Assembly: GCA_964187785.1 (NCBI GenBank)
Contig: OZ076409.1
Coordinates: forward strand, 83,578,001-83,642,000
DNA: 64,000 nucleotides
From: Amphiscolops sp. MND2022
Taxonomy: Eukaryota
Direction: 5' to 3'
Shown in pieces: positions 23,998 to 37,500 of the stretch. The position numbers and the translations under genes were made by a program. Positions within the stretch are counted from its first letter, which is position 1. The number at the start of each line of letters is the position of its first letter. The notes beneath the pieces were generated by a model. That model saw nothing but the letters and a program-made list of their open reading frames with translations, was not told where the DNA came from and did no database searches.

Positions 23998-25520
23998 TAA
24001 TAATGTTTCTGCAAATTATGAAAATTGGAATTGTTTTGCGACACAAGGCTGACCTTTTTGGTTATCTTTTCGTGCTGCAAATTGATTTTTTAAAATAATT
24101 GTCATTAAGCGTATTTGAAAGACGTTGCTCTTTTTGAGTCGTAAGCGGGGCCGACTTGAATCGTCCCTTTGGTTTCTTGACACCTGTAATGATTTTGAAG
24201 GGGCCAATTTGAACGATTTTGACCCGCACTTTTTCTATGGAGTTCCGAAAATAATTTATATTAAATGCTTCTCATGTATTTTTTTTTCAACTTCAATGAT
24301 TCTGTATACAGAAATTTGCATGAGTTTTTCCAATTTTTGTTGAAGTAATATTTCAGTAGAGATACGAACGTGTAAACACTAAGGGCCTCAAAGTTTAACA
24401 GTACAATCAGTGGAAAGCGATGAATCAGGATATTCAAATAACTTGATGAAAAAATTGTTTCTAAATTACGCAATTATCAAAACCTTAGATCGCAAACCAA
24501 ATATTAATCCTGATACACGTAGAGGTGTTAAATGTCAACTTCGGCAACATTTGTCATAGAAGTTCGAAACAACCACGAATGTAAACTAGAATAAGTTTCA
24601 AGAAAATTTTATTGGGGGCATTTCTCCTGATAGTCATTGGTTTTAGAGATATGAGCTGAGTGTTCCAAACGTTAATATCAACCAGGGTTTCCATATTTTT
24701 ATCACAATACAGTATTCCTTTTATCGATGATGTCTGCAAACGGTAGAGACCACAAATGGGTCCATAGTGTTGTAAGCTACGGGCAACCATGCTATTTTGT
24801 TCAATACGAAAAATCATGATTATGAAATTTCAGGTACAGTACAAAGATGTTCTAATGAACTTCGAGCTATTTCGTCAAATGATTGTTCCAGAACGTATGG
24901 AGACAGCTGAAGACCACATACTGAAGCCAGAACAGCGGTTTTTAGGAAATTTTAGCATCCCCTTTGTTTTTTTCAGACTTTCCATCCAATGGCTCGAAAG
25001 TATCGATTTTTTGTGGATTTTATGGACTGATAAACTGATGGGTCTTGAATCATATTTTTTGAACACTTATGTCCTATTTCTTACCTCGACGTTTATGTCC
25101 TCTGCTCTAAGTTTGCAAGTTGGCTCTTCACCCTTTGATTGCACTTCAACGTTTTTCCTTTAACCATGTATGCTTCGATATAATATGAAATTCCCTGTTT
25201 TCGTTTCCTAATCTGAAAGTATACATCCCCGACTATAAAACGTATTATTTACAACGTATTATTACAACTTTCGGAAAATCATGTATATTGTGAACATCAT
25301 CTTGTTTGTGTGTAAAGCTTTCTGGTTTTTGATGATTGCTTGTGAAATTGTTGAATATATCTATTTTCATCGAATTTTTTCTTGGCGCAGATACGCCGCC
25401 TCTAAAGATTTCAAGATATAATAAATAACCTTAATATTACATCTTACCATTCTTAATCATCTAATGGAGAAACACGATAATATAATCATTTTGTAATATG
25501 ATTTCATTTGTTTTAGAATC

Positions 25521-28500
25521 ATGAAACAGAAGCTGTATTGTTTCGTCTCTCTTACTATTTGTTTCCTTGTTTTCTACTCAATGCGGTGGCTCCTCTTGTC
25601 TCAGAAGAAGCCGACGAGAATCAATACTCAAGACAGATTCGAATTCAGTCGAGAGGTTGGTAATAGTTTCAATCTTTATCAAACTCTTTTCAACAACGTA
25701 CTTCAATAAATACTGGACTCCAAAAAATGTTTTTCGAAATACCGTTCGGAAGACTAGTGTTTTTTAACATATTTTCAATGTAAATGTTTTTTTGTCTAAC
25801 TTCTAAAACTCGAATCTTTTTCAGCATTGTACCTCGCAGTTGTAGTACATGCAATACGGGCGAACCTTTGGGGGCATGCTGCGTGCTCTCATTCTGCCAA
25901 ACATTTAATTTATTTTTTGAATAAATTGTTTTCTTTACTTCTCTGAATCGAAATGTCGTCAGTTTTATTTTTTCAGCTCATGGAATTAAGAGCTACCAAT
26001 AGTCTTTTGAAAGCTGCCGTGCAAGATCAATCGAGGAAGGGCTTCGAATACCTGTGGGAGTTTCGCGAGGTTCAAGAAACACGCGTAAAAGTTCGTTTGA
26101 AGGACGATCCAATGTCAGTTTTTCACGAAATAAAACGCCAAGCTTCACGTAAGTAATTAATTAATTGTTTCAAATCACTCTGAAAAATTTGAAAGTCGAT
26201 TTCGTTTGGCTAATATCTCAACTTAGTTTTTCTGCAGTAAATACCGGGTTGGAAAAAATACGTTTTATACATTAAAAACCAATTCAAAAGTTTGGAAGCA
26301 TTAAAAAATTATGGTTTAGTGCGAGAATCGAACCCTCGCTCTTCGGCTTGGTCGAAGATGAACAAATATGAAAGATGAACAAATTGTAAGAAAAGTGGAC
26401 CACTCAGAGTGAGATTGTCAACTGAAAAAAAAATTTAAAAAATAAAAAAACTACTCACTGTAAGAGTCGGGCTTTTTTCCTTAAGGGAAAAGGCGCCGAC
26501 TAAAAACTAACCACTGTAATAGTCGGGCTCTTTTCACTAGAAAAGCACCGATTAAAAAAACTAGCCACTGTAATCGTTGGGCTCTTTTCACTAGAAAAGC
26601 GCCGCCTAAAAACTAGCCACTGTAATAGTCGGGCTCTTTTCACTGGAAAAGTGCCGATTAAAAAGTTTAAAGGATTACCCTTTGGAGACATTAAAAAATT
26701 TTCGAAAAAAGTCTCATAAAGCCGAGAAAGAAAAACATTGAAAGAATGCAACTGATTGCAAAAACACTGATTTTTTTTCCAACATGTTTTTTTTCAGCCA
26801 ACCTTGAGTAATTACGATTAAGTGCAGAGTATTTCTATGAAGTACAATATATAATCTGGCTACCAAAACGGTTTTTCATTCACAGAAGTGAGTTCCCATA
26901 GACTGGGAGATTACATGAGAGATTGCAATTTGGCGAGCACCGAAGGCAAATCTGGTTTCATGGAAAAACTTCTGAGTCGAGCGAAAAGTAGCCAGTGCAG
27001 AGCTGAATTGTTGGTCACTGCTTGCATGCAGGAAAAACGGAGTCTCTACCCCAAAGTGGAAGTTTGGCCCAATTACTGCAGCAATGTCAGCTCAGGTAGT
27101 GTATACTTGTGGAATGTGAATGTATTTCTACGACATTTTTCAAGTGCTTGCTGTGTAACGGCTTTGTCTCAACTACTGTGATGTTCGATAAATAAAAATT
27201 CATTTTTCAACGCGAAAAGCTATTAAATCGGTTGTAACCGAATCGGCTAAACCGATTTTTGGACAAAAAATCGAAGTTAATTGATTATTCAAAAGAATTT
27301 CATTATAATCGATGACATTTAAAACTCTCGCGGAAGTTATTTGAAAATCGAGAATTGGAAAAATGCCATGAATGATGTTTTGAAAAATGGTTCAGATTGA
27401 AAATTTACAGCTGTTTTCCGGAAAAAAACCTCAACTTTTCTCATTTTTAGTGTCTATTCACAGCTCTGTATGAATCTGAATCAATTAAATTTGATTGTAA
27501 TTCAACCGAATCGGTTAAACCAATCGGTTAATAATCTAAGTAATTTAAACTGTTTTTAAGAGCGAATTGTTTAACCGATAGCTAAACCACAGATTTTATT
27601 GGACATCACTACGGAAACTTTACTTATAGGCCTGCTCCATGTTCAATCACGGGCCAACAATACACATTCTAACTTTCTTGGTTTCCGTAAACGTTCGTTT
27701 CTTAAGTCAGGAAAGGAAACGAATTTTTAAATAAAATTGCGAAAGTTTACGGGTCATAAAAATTAAAAGGTATTACCGTGGACTTGAATTTTGGATCCGT
27801 GTGCTTTCAGGTACAAATTGGAAATTGGAAGAAACCTTGCTGAATGCAAAGCGTTCTTTGAAGATTGTGTTCCTTTTGCAATTATCGGGCCGATCAGATA
27901 GACAATTTGAACGACTCTTGAAATCCATCTACTGTCCTCATCACGCTTATCTTCTACACATTGATGCCGTCAGTAATTGATGAGTTGCATATTTTCTGTC
28001 TCTGAAAACTTTGAACGTCTATTTTGGGCATTCAGATCAGGCAAATTCTGCAGGTTTACATTTCTTGGGGAATATGGAAATTCCTGGGGAAAAGAATTTC
28101 TTAGTTGAATTTTTTGAGCTGCGCTGCTGTGACAGCTTTATTGGAATGTCAGTATTTGTGTTTCGCAATCGTGAATAATTTCTGGGCATGCACAGACATC
28201 GTGTTTCTCGGAGGATCTTACATGAAGTTGAATTGTTGACAGGGTTCCAATTATCTCTACAGCTTTGCGGTTCAACTCTCGGCTCAGTTCTCCAACGTCA
28301 GAGTGATGAAGTCTCGGTTCAACACGTTGTGGGGCTCCTCACACTTGCTGCTCATGCAGATAGCTGCATTCCAAGAGGCCTTTTCCTATTGGCCCCACTT
28401 CGATTACATCATCAACTTAAGCGAGTCAGATCTGCCAATCAGGTACTGTTGCCCTTGGATAGGGCGGGTTTCTTTTGATAAATGGAGTTTCTTTGATAAA

Positions 28501-31500
28501 TTTTTGTTTATAAAAAATCGCAAATTTTATTTCATATAGTTTTGAAGCGCTATGAAAATTGGGGAATTGAAAAAAAATAGAAACCAAACAGTGTATTCGG
28601 TACGCGATTTATTCTCGGTGAAAACTCGTATTTTGCTACTCAGTGCTTTGGTAATCAGCCGTTTACATCATCGATCGGTACTATTGAATGGAATAATTGA
28701 GAACCTACTCTCAACTCTCGAAAACAATTAGGTTATGCATTAAAAGTCTGCTTCAACAGAAACAAATTCGTTCACTCCTTAGACCTGAAAATCTACCATA
28801 ATATTACCTATTCGATATTTCCTTCTTTTCAAATCTGTTTTATACTTTTTGAAACCCATGCATGGAATTTTACCCGCTTTTGCAAAAGAAAGTCAATTAC
28901 AGCCACTATCAAAAATCAGGAGCGAACGATCAAATTGTATTTAAACCTTCCACGCGAAAGCGAAGTCATGAAAATGGCGTCTACAATGAAGTTGTCTCAC
29001 TAACACCTTACCAGACAAAGTTGAAATGAACAAGATGAGAACGTCTGAAGTCGGCGCTATATCTAAGGCTCAAAAAGCGCAAAACATTTTTTTCGAAGAA
29101 AACTTTACATTTTTGAATTTTTTTTTCGGAAAATGTCGCATAGTGCCGAAAAATGTAAAAGGAGGACCCTTTTGGATTTATTAACATACATTCTGTTGCA
29201 AAATATCAAAACAACTCGAAGGAGGGACCTTTTCGGGACATAAAAAAATTTTCGAAAAAATCGCACAGGCCGAAAAAATCGAAAGACATTTTAGTCTCGT
29301 CCGGATTTGTAGGTTACGTTAAAAAAGTAAAAAATGAAAGGGGTAAAGTAAACCCTTTGCACTAAGGAAAACGCGCCGACTGAAAATTATACCTATCTGA
29401 CAGTGAAACGAAAGACTAAAAGTTTTTTTCAAGAAAAGATTCTCGAATAAAATCGACATCGCTGATTTCAGCAAAAAGTGTTGGAATGATATCCGTTTTC
29501 CTAAGGCTCAACTGTTTGAATGTTCAATGTTTGATTTTAATTACAATACTTTTCTGAAAACAACCTTACACTGCGTCTTATTAAAACAAAATTATTGTTT
29601 TGATAAATAAAGATTATCGACATTAACATTATCGACAGAACCAATAGCAACACCAAGCTACTCACTCTGGAAGCCCTTCACATGTTCAGGAGAGCGCCGT
29701 CCATCAACCAGAAGGAGGAATACAGGACGCGCGAACTCACACTGAGGGTGTGATTTGTCATTGTTCCGATAAATCATTCGGCTTGATAATTTGTGTATCT
29801 ATCCCATCTGTTTCAACTGTTTTCCACTTAATGGTGCTTTTTATTTTTTTTATTTTTAAAAGTTCCTACAACTTTTGCATCTGTATATTTTTTAGATTCT
29901 GATGATGGTCTACAAGACCGAAAACGTTTAAGTCAACTTTTCGATATCAATCTTCTTTTTCCAAATAAAGATTATTCAGTTTTTTTAAGATGAAGCCAAA
30001 AGTTTGATGAAATTAGATTTAATTTTTACAATGTTTGCTGGAAAGTACTTTTTTAACCTTAACTTGGCCAATGTGCCAAATTTGGCACATTTTGTTTCTG
30101 CAAATTCTTAACGCACCAGCTGATTGTATGGTAAAGCAAAACCTTTAATAAGAGTTTCAGACAATATTGCATAGCATTCGGCGCCTTTTCACGGAAAATT
30201 GACATGATGTCTCCAAAACCAGAAAATGACGCAAAAAAAATCAAAAGAAAAATAAGTGCAGATTTTCCGTTTTCCCAGTTTTCGTTTGTGCCCCTTTTAT
30301 CCCACTGGTATCAACATTGGGTCAAAGCGTCCCCGGCATGTTTTGAAACATGTTGAAAAGCAAGCATAGACACGACGCGTGCAAAGTTTTGGCGCAAAGT
30401 TCGGAGCCAGTGCGGCGATTACCCTTTGGAGACATTAAAAAATTTTCGAAAAAAGTCTCATAAAGCCGAGAAAGAAAAACATTGAAAGAATGCAACTGAT
30501 TGCAAAAACACTGATTTTTTTTCCAACATGTTTTTTTTCAGCCAACCTTGAGTAATTACGATTAAGTGCAGAGTATTTCTATGAAGTACAATATATAATC
30601 TGGCTACCAAAACGGTTTTTCATTCACAGAAGTGAGTTCCCATAGACTGGGAGATTACATGAGAGATTGCAATTTGGCGAGCACCGAAGGCAAATCTGGT
30701 TTCATGGAAAAACTTCTGAGTCGAGCGAAAAGTAGCCAGTGCAGAGCTGAATTGTTGGTCACTGCTTGCATGCAGGAAAAACGGAGTCTCTACCCCAAAG
30801 TGGAAGTTTGGCCCAATTACTGCAGCAATGTCAGCTAGGTAGTGTATACTTGTGGAATGTGAATGTATTTCTACGACATTTTTCAAGTGCTTGCTGTGTA
30901 ACGGCTTTGTCTCAACTACTGTGATGTTCGATAAATAAAAATTCATTTTTCAACGCGAAAAGCTATTAAATCGGTTGTAACCGAATCGGCTAAACCGATT
31001 TTTGGACAAAAAATCGAAGTTAATTGATTATTCAAAAGAATTTCATCATAATCGATGACATTTAAAACTCTCGCGGAAGTTATTTGAAAATCGAGAATTG
31101 GAAAAATGCCATGAATGATGTTTTGAAAAATGGTTCAGATTGGAAATTTACAGCTGTTTTCCGGAAAAAAACCTCAACTTTTCTCATTTTTAGTGTCTAT
31201 TCACAGCTCTGTATGAATCTGAATCAATTAAATTTGATTGTAATTCAACCGAATCGGTTAAACCAATCGGTTAATAATCTAAGTAATTTAAACTGTTTTT
31301 AAGAGCGAATTGTTTAACCGATAGCTAAACCACAGATTTTATTGGACATCACTACGGAAACTTTACTTATAGGCCTGCTCCATGTTCAATCACGGGCCAA
31401 CAATACACATTCTAACTTTCTTGGTTTCCGTAAACGTTCGTTTCTTAAGTCAGGAAAGGAAACGAATTTTTAAATAAAATTGCGAAAGTTTACGGGTCAT

Positions 31501-34500
31501 AAAAATTAAAAGGTATTACCGTGGACTTGAATTTTGGATCCGTGTGCTTTCAGGTACAAATTGGAAATTGGAAGAAACCTTGCTGAATGCAAAGCGTTCT
31601 TTGAAGATTGTGTTCCTTTTGCAATTATCGGGCCGATCAGATAGACAATTTGAACGACTCTTGAAATCCATCTACTGTCCTCATCACGCTTATCTTCTAC
31701 ACATTGATGCCGTCAGTAATTGATGAGTTGCATATTTTCTGTCTCTGAAAACTTTGAACGTCTATTTTGGGCATTCAGATCAGGCAAATTCTGCAGGTTT
31801 ACATTTCTTGGGGAATATGGAAATTCCTGGGGAAAAGAATTTCTTAGTTGAATTTTTTGAGCTGCGCTGCTGTGACAGCTTTATTGGAATGTCGGTATTT
31901 GTGTTTCGCAATCGTGAATAATTTCTGGGCATGCACAGACATCGTGTTTCTCGGAGGATCTTACATGAAGTTGAATTGTTGACAGGGTTCCAATTATCTC
32001 TACAGCTTTGCGGTTCAACTCTCGGCTCAGTTCTCCAACGTCAGAGTGATGAAGTCTCGGTTCAACACGTTGTGGGGCTCCTCACACTTGCTGCTCATGC
32101 AGATAGCTGCATTCCAAGAGGCCTTTTCCTATTGGCCCCACTTCGATTACATCATCAACTTAAGCGAGTCAGATCTGCCAATCAGGTACTGTTGCCCTTG
32201 GATAGGGCGGGTTTCTTTTGATAAATGGAGTTTCTTTGATAAATTTTTGTTTATAAAAAATCGCAAATTTTATTTCATATAGTTTTGAAGCGCTATGAAA
32301 ATTGGGGAATTGAAAAAAAATAGAAACCAAACAGTGTATTCGGTACGCGATTTATTCTCGGTGAAAACTCGTATTTTGCTACTCAGTGCTTTGGTAATCA
32401 GCCGTTTACATCATCGATCGGTACTATTGAATGGAATAATTGAGAACCTACTCTCAACTCTCGAAAACAATTAGGTTATGCATTAAAAGTCTGCTTCAAC
32501 AGAAACAAATTCGTTCACTCCTTAGGCCTGAAAATCTACCATAATATTACCTATTCGATATTTCCTTCTTTTCAAATCTGTTTTATACTTTTTGAAACCC
32601 ATGCATGGAATTTTACCCGCTTTTGCAAAAGAAAGTCAATTACAGCCACTATCAAAAATCAGGAGCGAACGATCAAATTGTATTTAAACCTTCCACGCGA
32701 AAGCGAAGTCATGAAAATGGCGTCTACAATGAAGTTGTCTCACTAACACCTTACCAGACAAAGTTGAAATGAACAAGATGAGAACGTCTGAAGTCGGCGC
32801 TATATCTAAGGCTCAAAAAGCGCAAAACATTTTTTTCGAAGAAAACTTTACATTTTTGAATTTTTTTTCGGAAAATGTCGCATAGTGCCGAAAAATGTAA
32901 AAGGAGGACCCTTTTGGATTTATTAACATACATTCTGTTGCAAAATATCAAAACAACTCGAAGGAGGGACCTTTTCGGGACATAAAAAAATTTTCGAAAA
33001 AATCGCACAGGCCGAAAAAATCGAAAGACATTTTAGTCTCGTCCGGATTTGTAGGTTACGTTAAAAAAGTAAAAATGAAAGGGGTAAAGTAAACCCTTTG
33101 CACTAAGGAAAACGCGCCGACTGAAAATTATACCTATCTGACAGTGAAACGAAAGACTAAAAGTTTTTTTCAAGAAAAGATTCTCGAATAAAATCGACAT
33201 CGCTGATTTCAGCAAAAAGTGTTGGAATGATTTCCGTTTTCCTAAGGCTCAACTGTTTGAATGTTCAATGTTTGATTTTAATTACAATACTTTTCTGAAA
33301 ACAACCTTACACTGCGTCTTATTAAAACAAAATTATTGTTTTGATAAATAAAGATTATCGACATTAACATTATCGACAGAACCAATAGCAACACCAAGCT
33401 ACTCACTCTGGAAGCCCTTCACATGTTCAGGAGAGCGCCGTCCATCAACCAGAAGGAGGAATACAGGACGCGCGAACTCACACTGAGGGTGTGATTTGTC
33501 ATTGTTCCGATAAATCATTCGGCTTGATAATTTGTGTATCTATCCCATCTGTTTCAACTGTTTTCCACTTAATGGTGCTTTTTATTTTTTTTATTTTTAA
33601 AAGTTCCTACAACTTTTGCATCTGTATATTTTTTAGATTCTGATGATGGTCTACAAGACCGAAAACGTTTAAGTCAACTTTTCGATATCAATCTTCTTTT
33701 TCCAAATAAAGATTATTCAGTTTTTTTAAGATGAAGCCAAAAGTTTGATGAAATTAGATTTAATTTTTACAATGTTTGCTGGAAAGTACTTTTTTAACCT
33801 TAACTTGGCCAATGTGCCAAATTTGGCACATTTTGTTTCTGCAAATTCTTAACGCACCAGCTGATTGTATGGTAAAGCAAAACCTTTAATAAGAGTTTCA
33901 GACAATATTGCATAGCATTCGGCGCCTTTTCACGGAAAATTGACATGATGTCTCCAAAACCAGAAAATGACGCAAAAAAAATCAAAAGAAAAATAAGTGC
34001 AGATTTTCCGTTTTCCCAGTTTTCGTTTGTGCCCCTTTTATCCCACTGGTATCAACATTGGGTCAAAGCGTCCCCGGCATGTTTTGAAACATGTTGAAAA
34101 GCAAGCAGAGACACGACGCGTGCAAAGTTTTGGCGCAAAGTTCGGAGCCAGTGCGGCGAAGCCGCACGCCAGCGGAGAACTTCGCGCAAAAAACTTTGCG
34201 CGCAAGGGGCCCGCGCTAGCGGGCCCCAAGCCCAGCAGTTTAAAAATTGATTTGAAAGCCCCAATGCTCCTCTTTCGAACGCTGTATAAATCGTTTGTCG
34301 GACTTGTATAGTTCAGGAGATATTGCGGTTTAAAGTTGAAGCACCTGATTTTTGGATGCAACAAGATTTTTCCTGGCCAACTTAAGGTTAAGGAAAGAAA
34401 AATTGCCAATGTGATCGATCAATTTTAAACTCAGTTCAGTTTGACGGACCAGTAGGTAAGTTCCAGTAAATGAAAGGTGAAGGTCGTGGTTTTGAACTTG

Positions 34501-37500
34501 TTTTATTCTGGACAGTGATTTCGTCCTGAAATGAGGACAGCGATTTTTTTCGTAATCAATAAAAAATTACGAAACGCAAAAAGAATATAGGAAAATGTCT
34601 TGTCGACTATCTATTAGAGTATCTTGGGTAATTGTTGTTTGTGTCAATATAGCTTTTTTCCGAGCCACCGGCAAAAAGTAACTGGAACAAGCCGGGACCG
34701 GCCCAACTTGGAGTCGGCGCCATATCCAAGGCTCAAAAATAGCAAAACGACTTCCAAGTGTCAATTTACAGTACTCGAAAATCGAAAAAGCAAAAATATG
34801 AACCGAGTGGCGCGCCGGGGCCCGCTAGCGCGAGCCCCTGGCGCGCTAAAAGGGGGACACATCCGAATTTGTCAACATTTTTGTCGCAGTTGAAGGGGAC
34901 CCTTTGGAGAAAAAACAAATTTTCGAAAAAAAATGTCTCACAATTCCGAAAAACTAAAAGGGGGCCCTTTGGGTTTTTTAAACACCCAATCTGTTGTAAA
35001 ATATCAAAGAAATTGAAGGGGAACCCTTTTGAGGAAAAATATTTTTTGAAAGAAGTCTCGCAGTGCCGAAAAAAATTGAAAGGGGGGACTCTTTGGTCTC
35101 ACCCGGTATGGTATGTTACGCGGAAAAACAGGGAAAACCTTTGTGGTCCAGTTCGCTAGGCCAAATGGTGCAATTTGACACCATAATATTTTGTAGAACT
35201 TTTAAGAACTATTTTGGTCAGTTCGTGTGGATAGAAAAAAAGTCACTATAATAGTCGCGTTTCACTTCATGAAGCGCCGACTAAAAAAGTGAAAATTTGC
35301 AAGTGAAAATTTGCAATTTACTGTCCCAATATAGTAACATAGTAGACCACCATTGAAAACGCATTTAGAAGTTTTTGCATTGAAGCTTCAGCTATGAGTT
35401 CGACAGGTATTTTAAAGGCCCGGTGCTGCTTAGGCTAAGGGCGTTCAGGAACAGAAAACCAATTTTAGCTGTGGCTCTCATTCGTGGTGAAATGAAGCTT
35501 TGAAAAAATTGGCCAAATGTTTATCAATTTTTCATTTCGGTGTACTGTCGAGGTTATGAGATGAGAAAAATTGATAGATTTTTTATTATTTTTCATTAAT
35601 GTACCAATTGTTGTAGTAACACTCATCTATTTTATGAATTCCAGATTTAACGGCTGTGCTGGATGTAATTTTTCAATCCATTTTAGTGATTTTATACTCC
35701 ATTATAGCCGTTTTCTCATTTGCGTGTTTTGTTTTCAAGATCTACTGCATCGAGCAAGCATCTCAACCCTTTTGACGAGCAAAGAAATCCTGATGAAAAT
35801 TTTCATGAAAGAAGGTTTCTCTGATTTTTTTCCCAATTTTTTTATCATTTATTTAGAACTTTTTGTTGCTCTCATTTTTGCTGAAAACCCCATGTCCTAG
35901 GAATCAAAAAGTATCACGGTAGCACTGCGCCACTCCCCCCATTCGCTACTTTTCTGATCTCGCGATGGAAAAATGAATCAGACAAAGTTTATTTCAGGCC
36001 TTTGTCAGAGCTGGTAACTTTCCTGCAGTGGAACCGTGGCGATTCATTTGTGAGTGTAAATGCAATGGGGAAAGAGTACGCATCGAAGCAGGGACTGCAC
36101 CACACCTTTTATCAGTGCGACGGACATTTGTTCAGACTTCAAAAACGAGAGTAATTATTATTTTTGTCGTGTTATTGAAAGTATTATCGATGCTTGGAAT
36201 CTTCTGTATTATCTCAGTGTTGAAATTTTTAGCTGTAAGTATGAAAAGCTATTTTATTCTCCGTTTTTTCTGTTCTGTTCTAAATGATCCGCCGTAATTT
36301 AGATTGAAATGAAGCGTTTTGCAGTATGCATGCTGTGTATGAACACCCGTGTGATTAATTTCAGGATTCCTCCGGGGATCAGATACACAGGTGGTAGTGA
36401 CTGGTTCGTACTACATCGACAGTTTGTGGATTATGTCATAAACCCCCCAGTGGACGACGAACTGGTCAATGATCTTGTGTCCTATTTTGCATTCACTATC
36501 CTTCCTGCAGAGGTACACGTTAATCACTATAATTCATGCAAAAAATTGGATAATAGGTAGACTTCATGTGACGCAAGACCCTCACATTGTAGGCTCTTTT
36601 TTCTGCCCCCCCCCACCACCGCCAGAATTATTGAATGAAAATTTCAGAAGTCTTATCATTTGTTTTCATTTGTTATCATTTGTTATCATCTTTTTCCATT
36701 TTAGGAAGGTAACTTCATTGTTATAGTCTTTTTGTTGGAACAAAACATTTTCACGTTTTATGCTGAAATAAACTGTTTGTGACCCGAAACAAAAGCTGTA
36801 ATTTTTAAATCAAGAATTCATCAGGCGAGAAAGTGTGAACAGAAACTATATCTAGACTATATCATAATAAGTTACCCTAGAAAAACATTGGAAATAGGTT
36901 TAGTGTTCCAGTTTAATCCTTTGTTTTAAAAATTGCAATTTTTTCTCGAGAAATAATGATAAAGTTGAAGATGTTCACATGAAGGAGACGCACAATCATT
37001 CAAAAACTTTTCAGGAAAATGCGTAAGAAAAATCTGCAAGAAATAGTGATTCAAGACTTTTTCAATCTCCGTATAACAGAGCACGAAACCGAAATGTTCA
37101 TTGAAATGTAGAATTGAGTGTCTTGTCGAATTTTTTGGGGAAGTCAAACGTGTATTTTTATTATTTCTGCGATAGCGGGAATAATATTGAAATCTCAAGA
37201 ATTCTACTTTTTTGTTCAGTACAATTCTTGTGATACTGAAAAATTCAGATATTTTGTTCGGCAGTGACTATAAGCGTGAGAATTAAATTTCTCAAGCTGC
37301 CGACGACCATTCAATTCTCGTGCGATGAAACGAGCGAGTGGTAATTATGCTTTCGTACGCCGAGTTATTGAGATGAAGCGAATAAGTGGTAATGCGAATA
37401 CGAAACTTTGTCTACGCTTAGTAGTTATATTTGCTTTAGTCCGAGATTCAAAGGTGGTATAAACTGGTACAGTGATTATTTGCGCGCTAAATAAGGATTA

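Larger units (their letters stand above)
26673..34159. repeat. 3.74-kb tandem segmental duplication (26673-30416 / 30417-34159) covering XYLT exons 3-5
   Basis: Offset 3744 falling to 3741; junction ...tgcggc-GA-ttaccc at 30417 with 2-bp microhomology; few differences between copies. Confidence 0.97.

Noticed and set aside
27175..27611. hAT-like MITE (tgtgatgttcgataa ... ttattggacatcacta with aaccga/tcggtt subrepeats)
   Set aside because: Plausible, but the TIRs are degenerate and no TSD could be identified, so it was not called
28188..28478. 96-aa ORF MHRHRVSRR (and copy at 31931)
   Set aside because: Alternative frame overlapping XYLT exon 5; the real frame gives GSNYLY...INLSESDLPIR
35790..35812. 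Second CTGATGA...GAAA hammerhead candidate
   Set aside because: No proper stem II register or stems I and III; only a short AT palindrome
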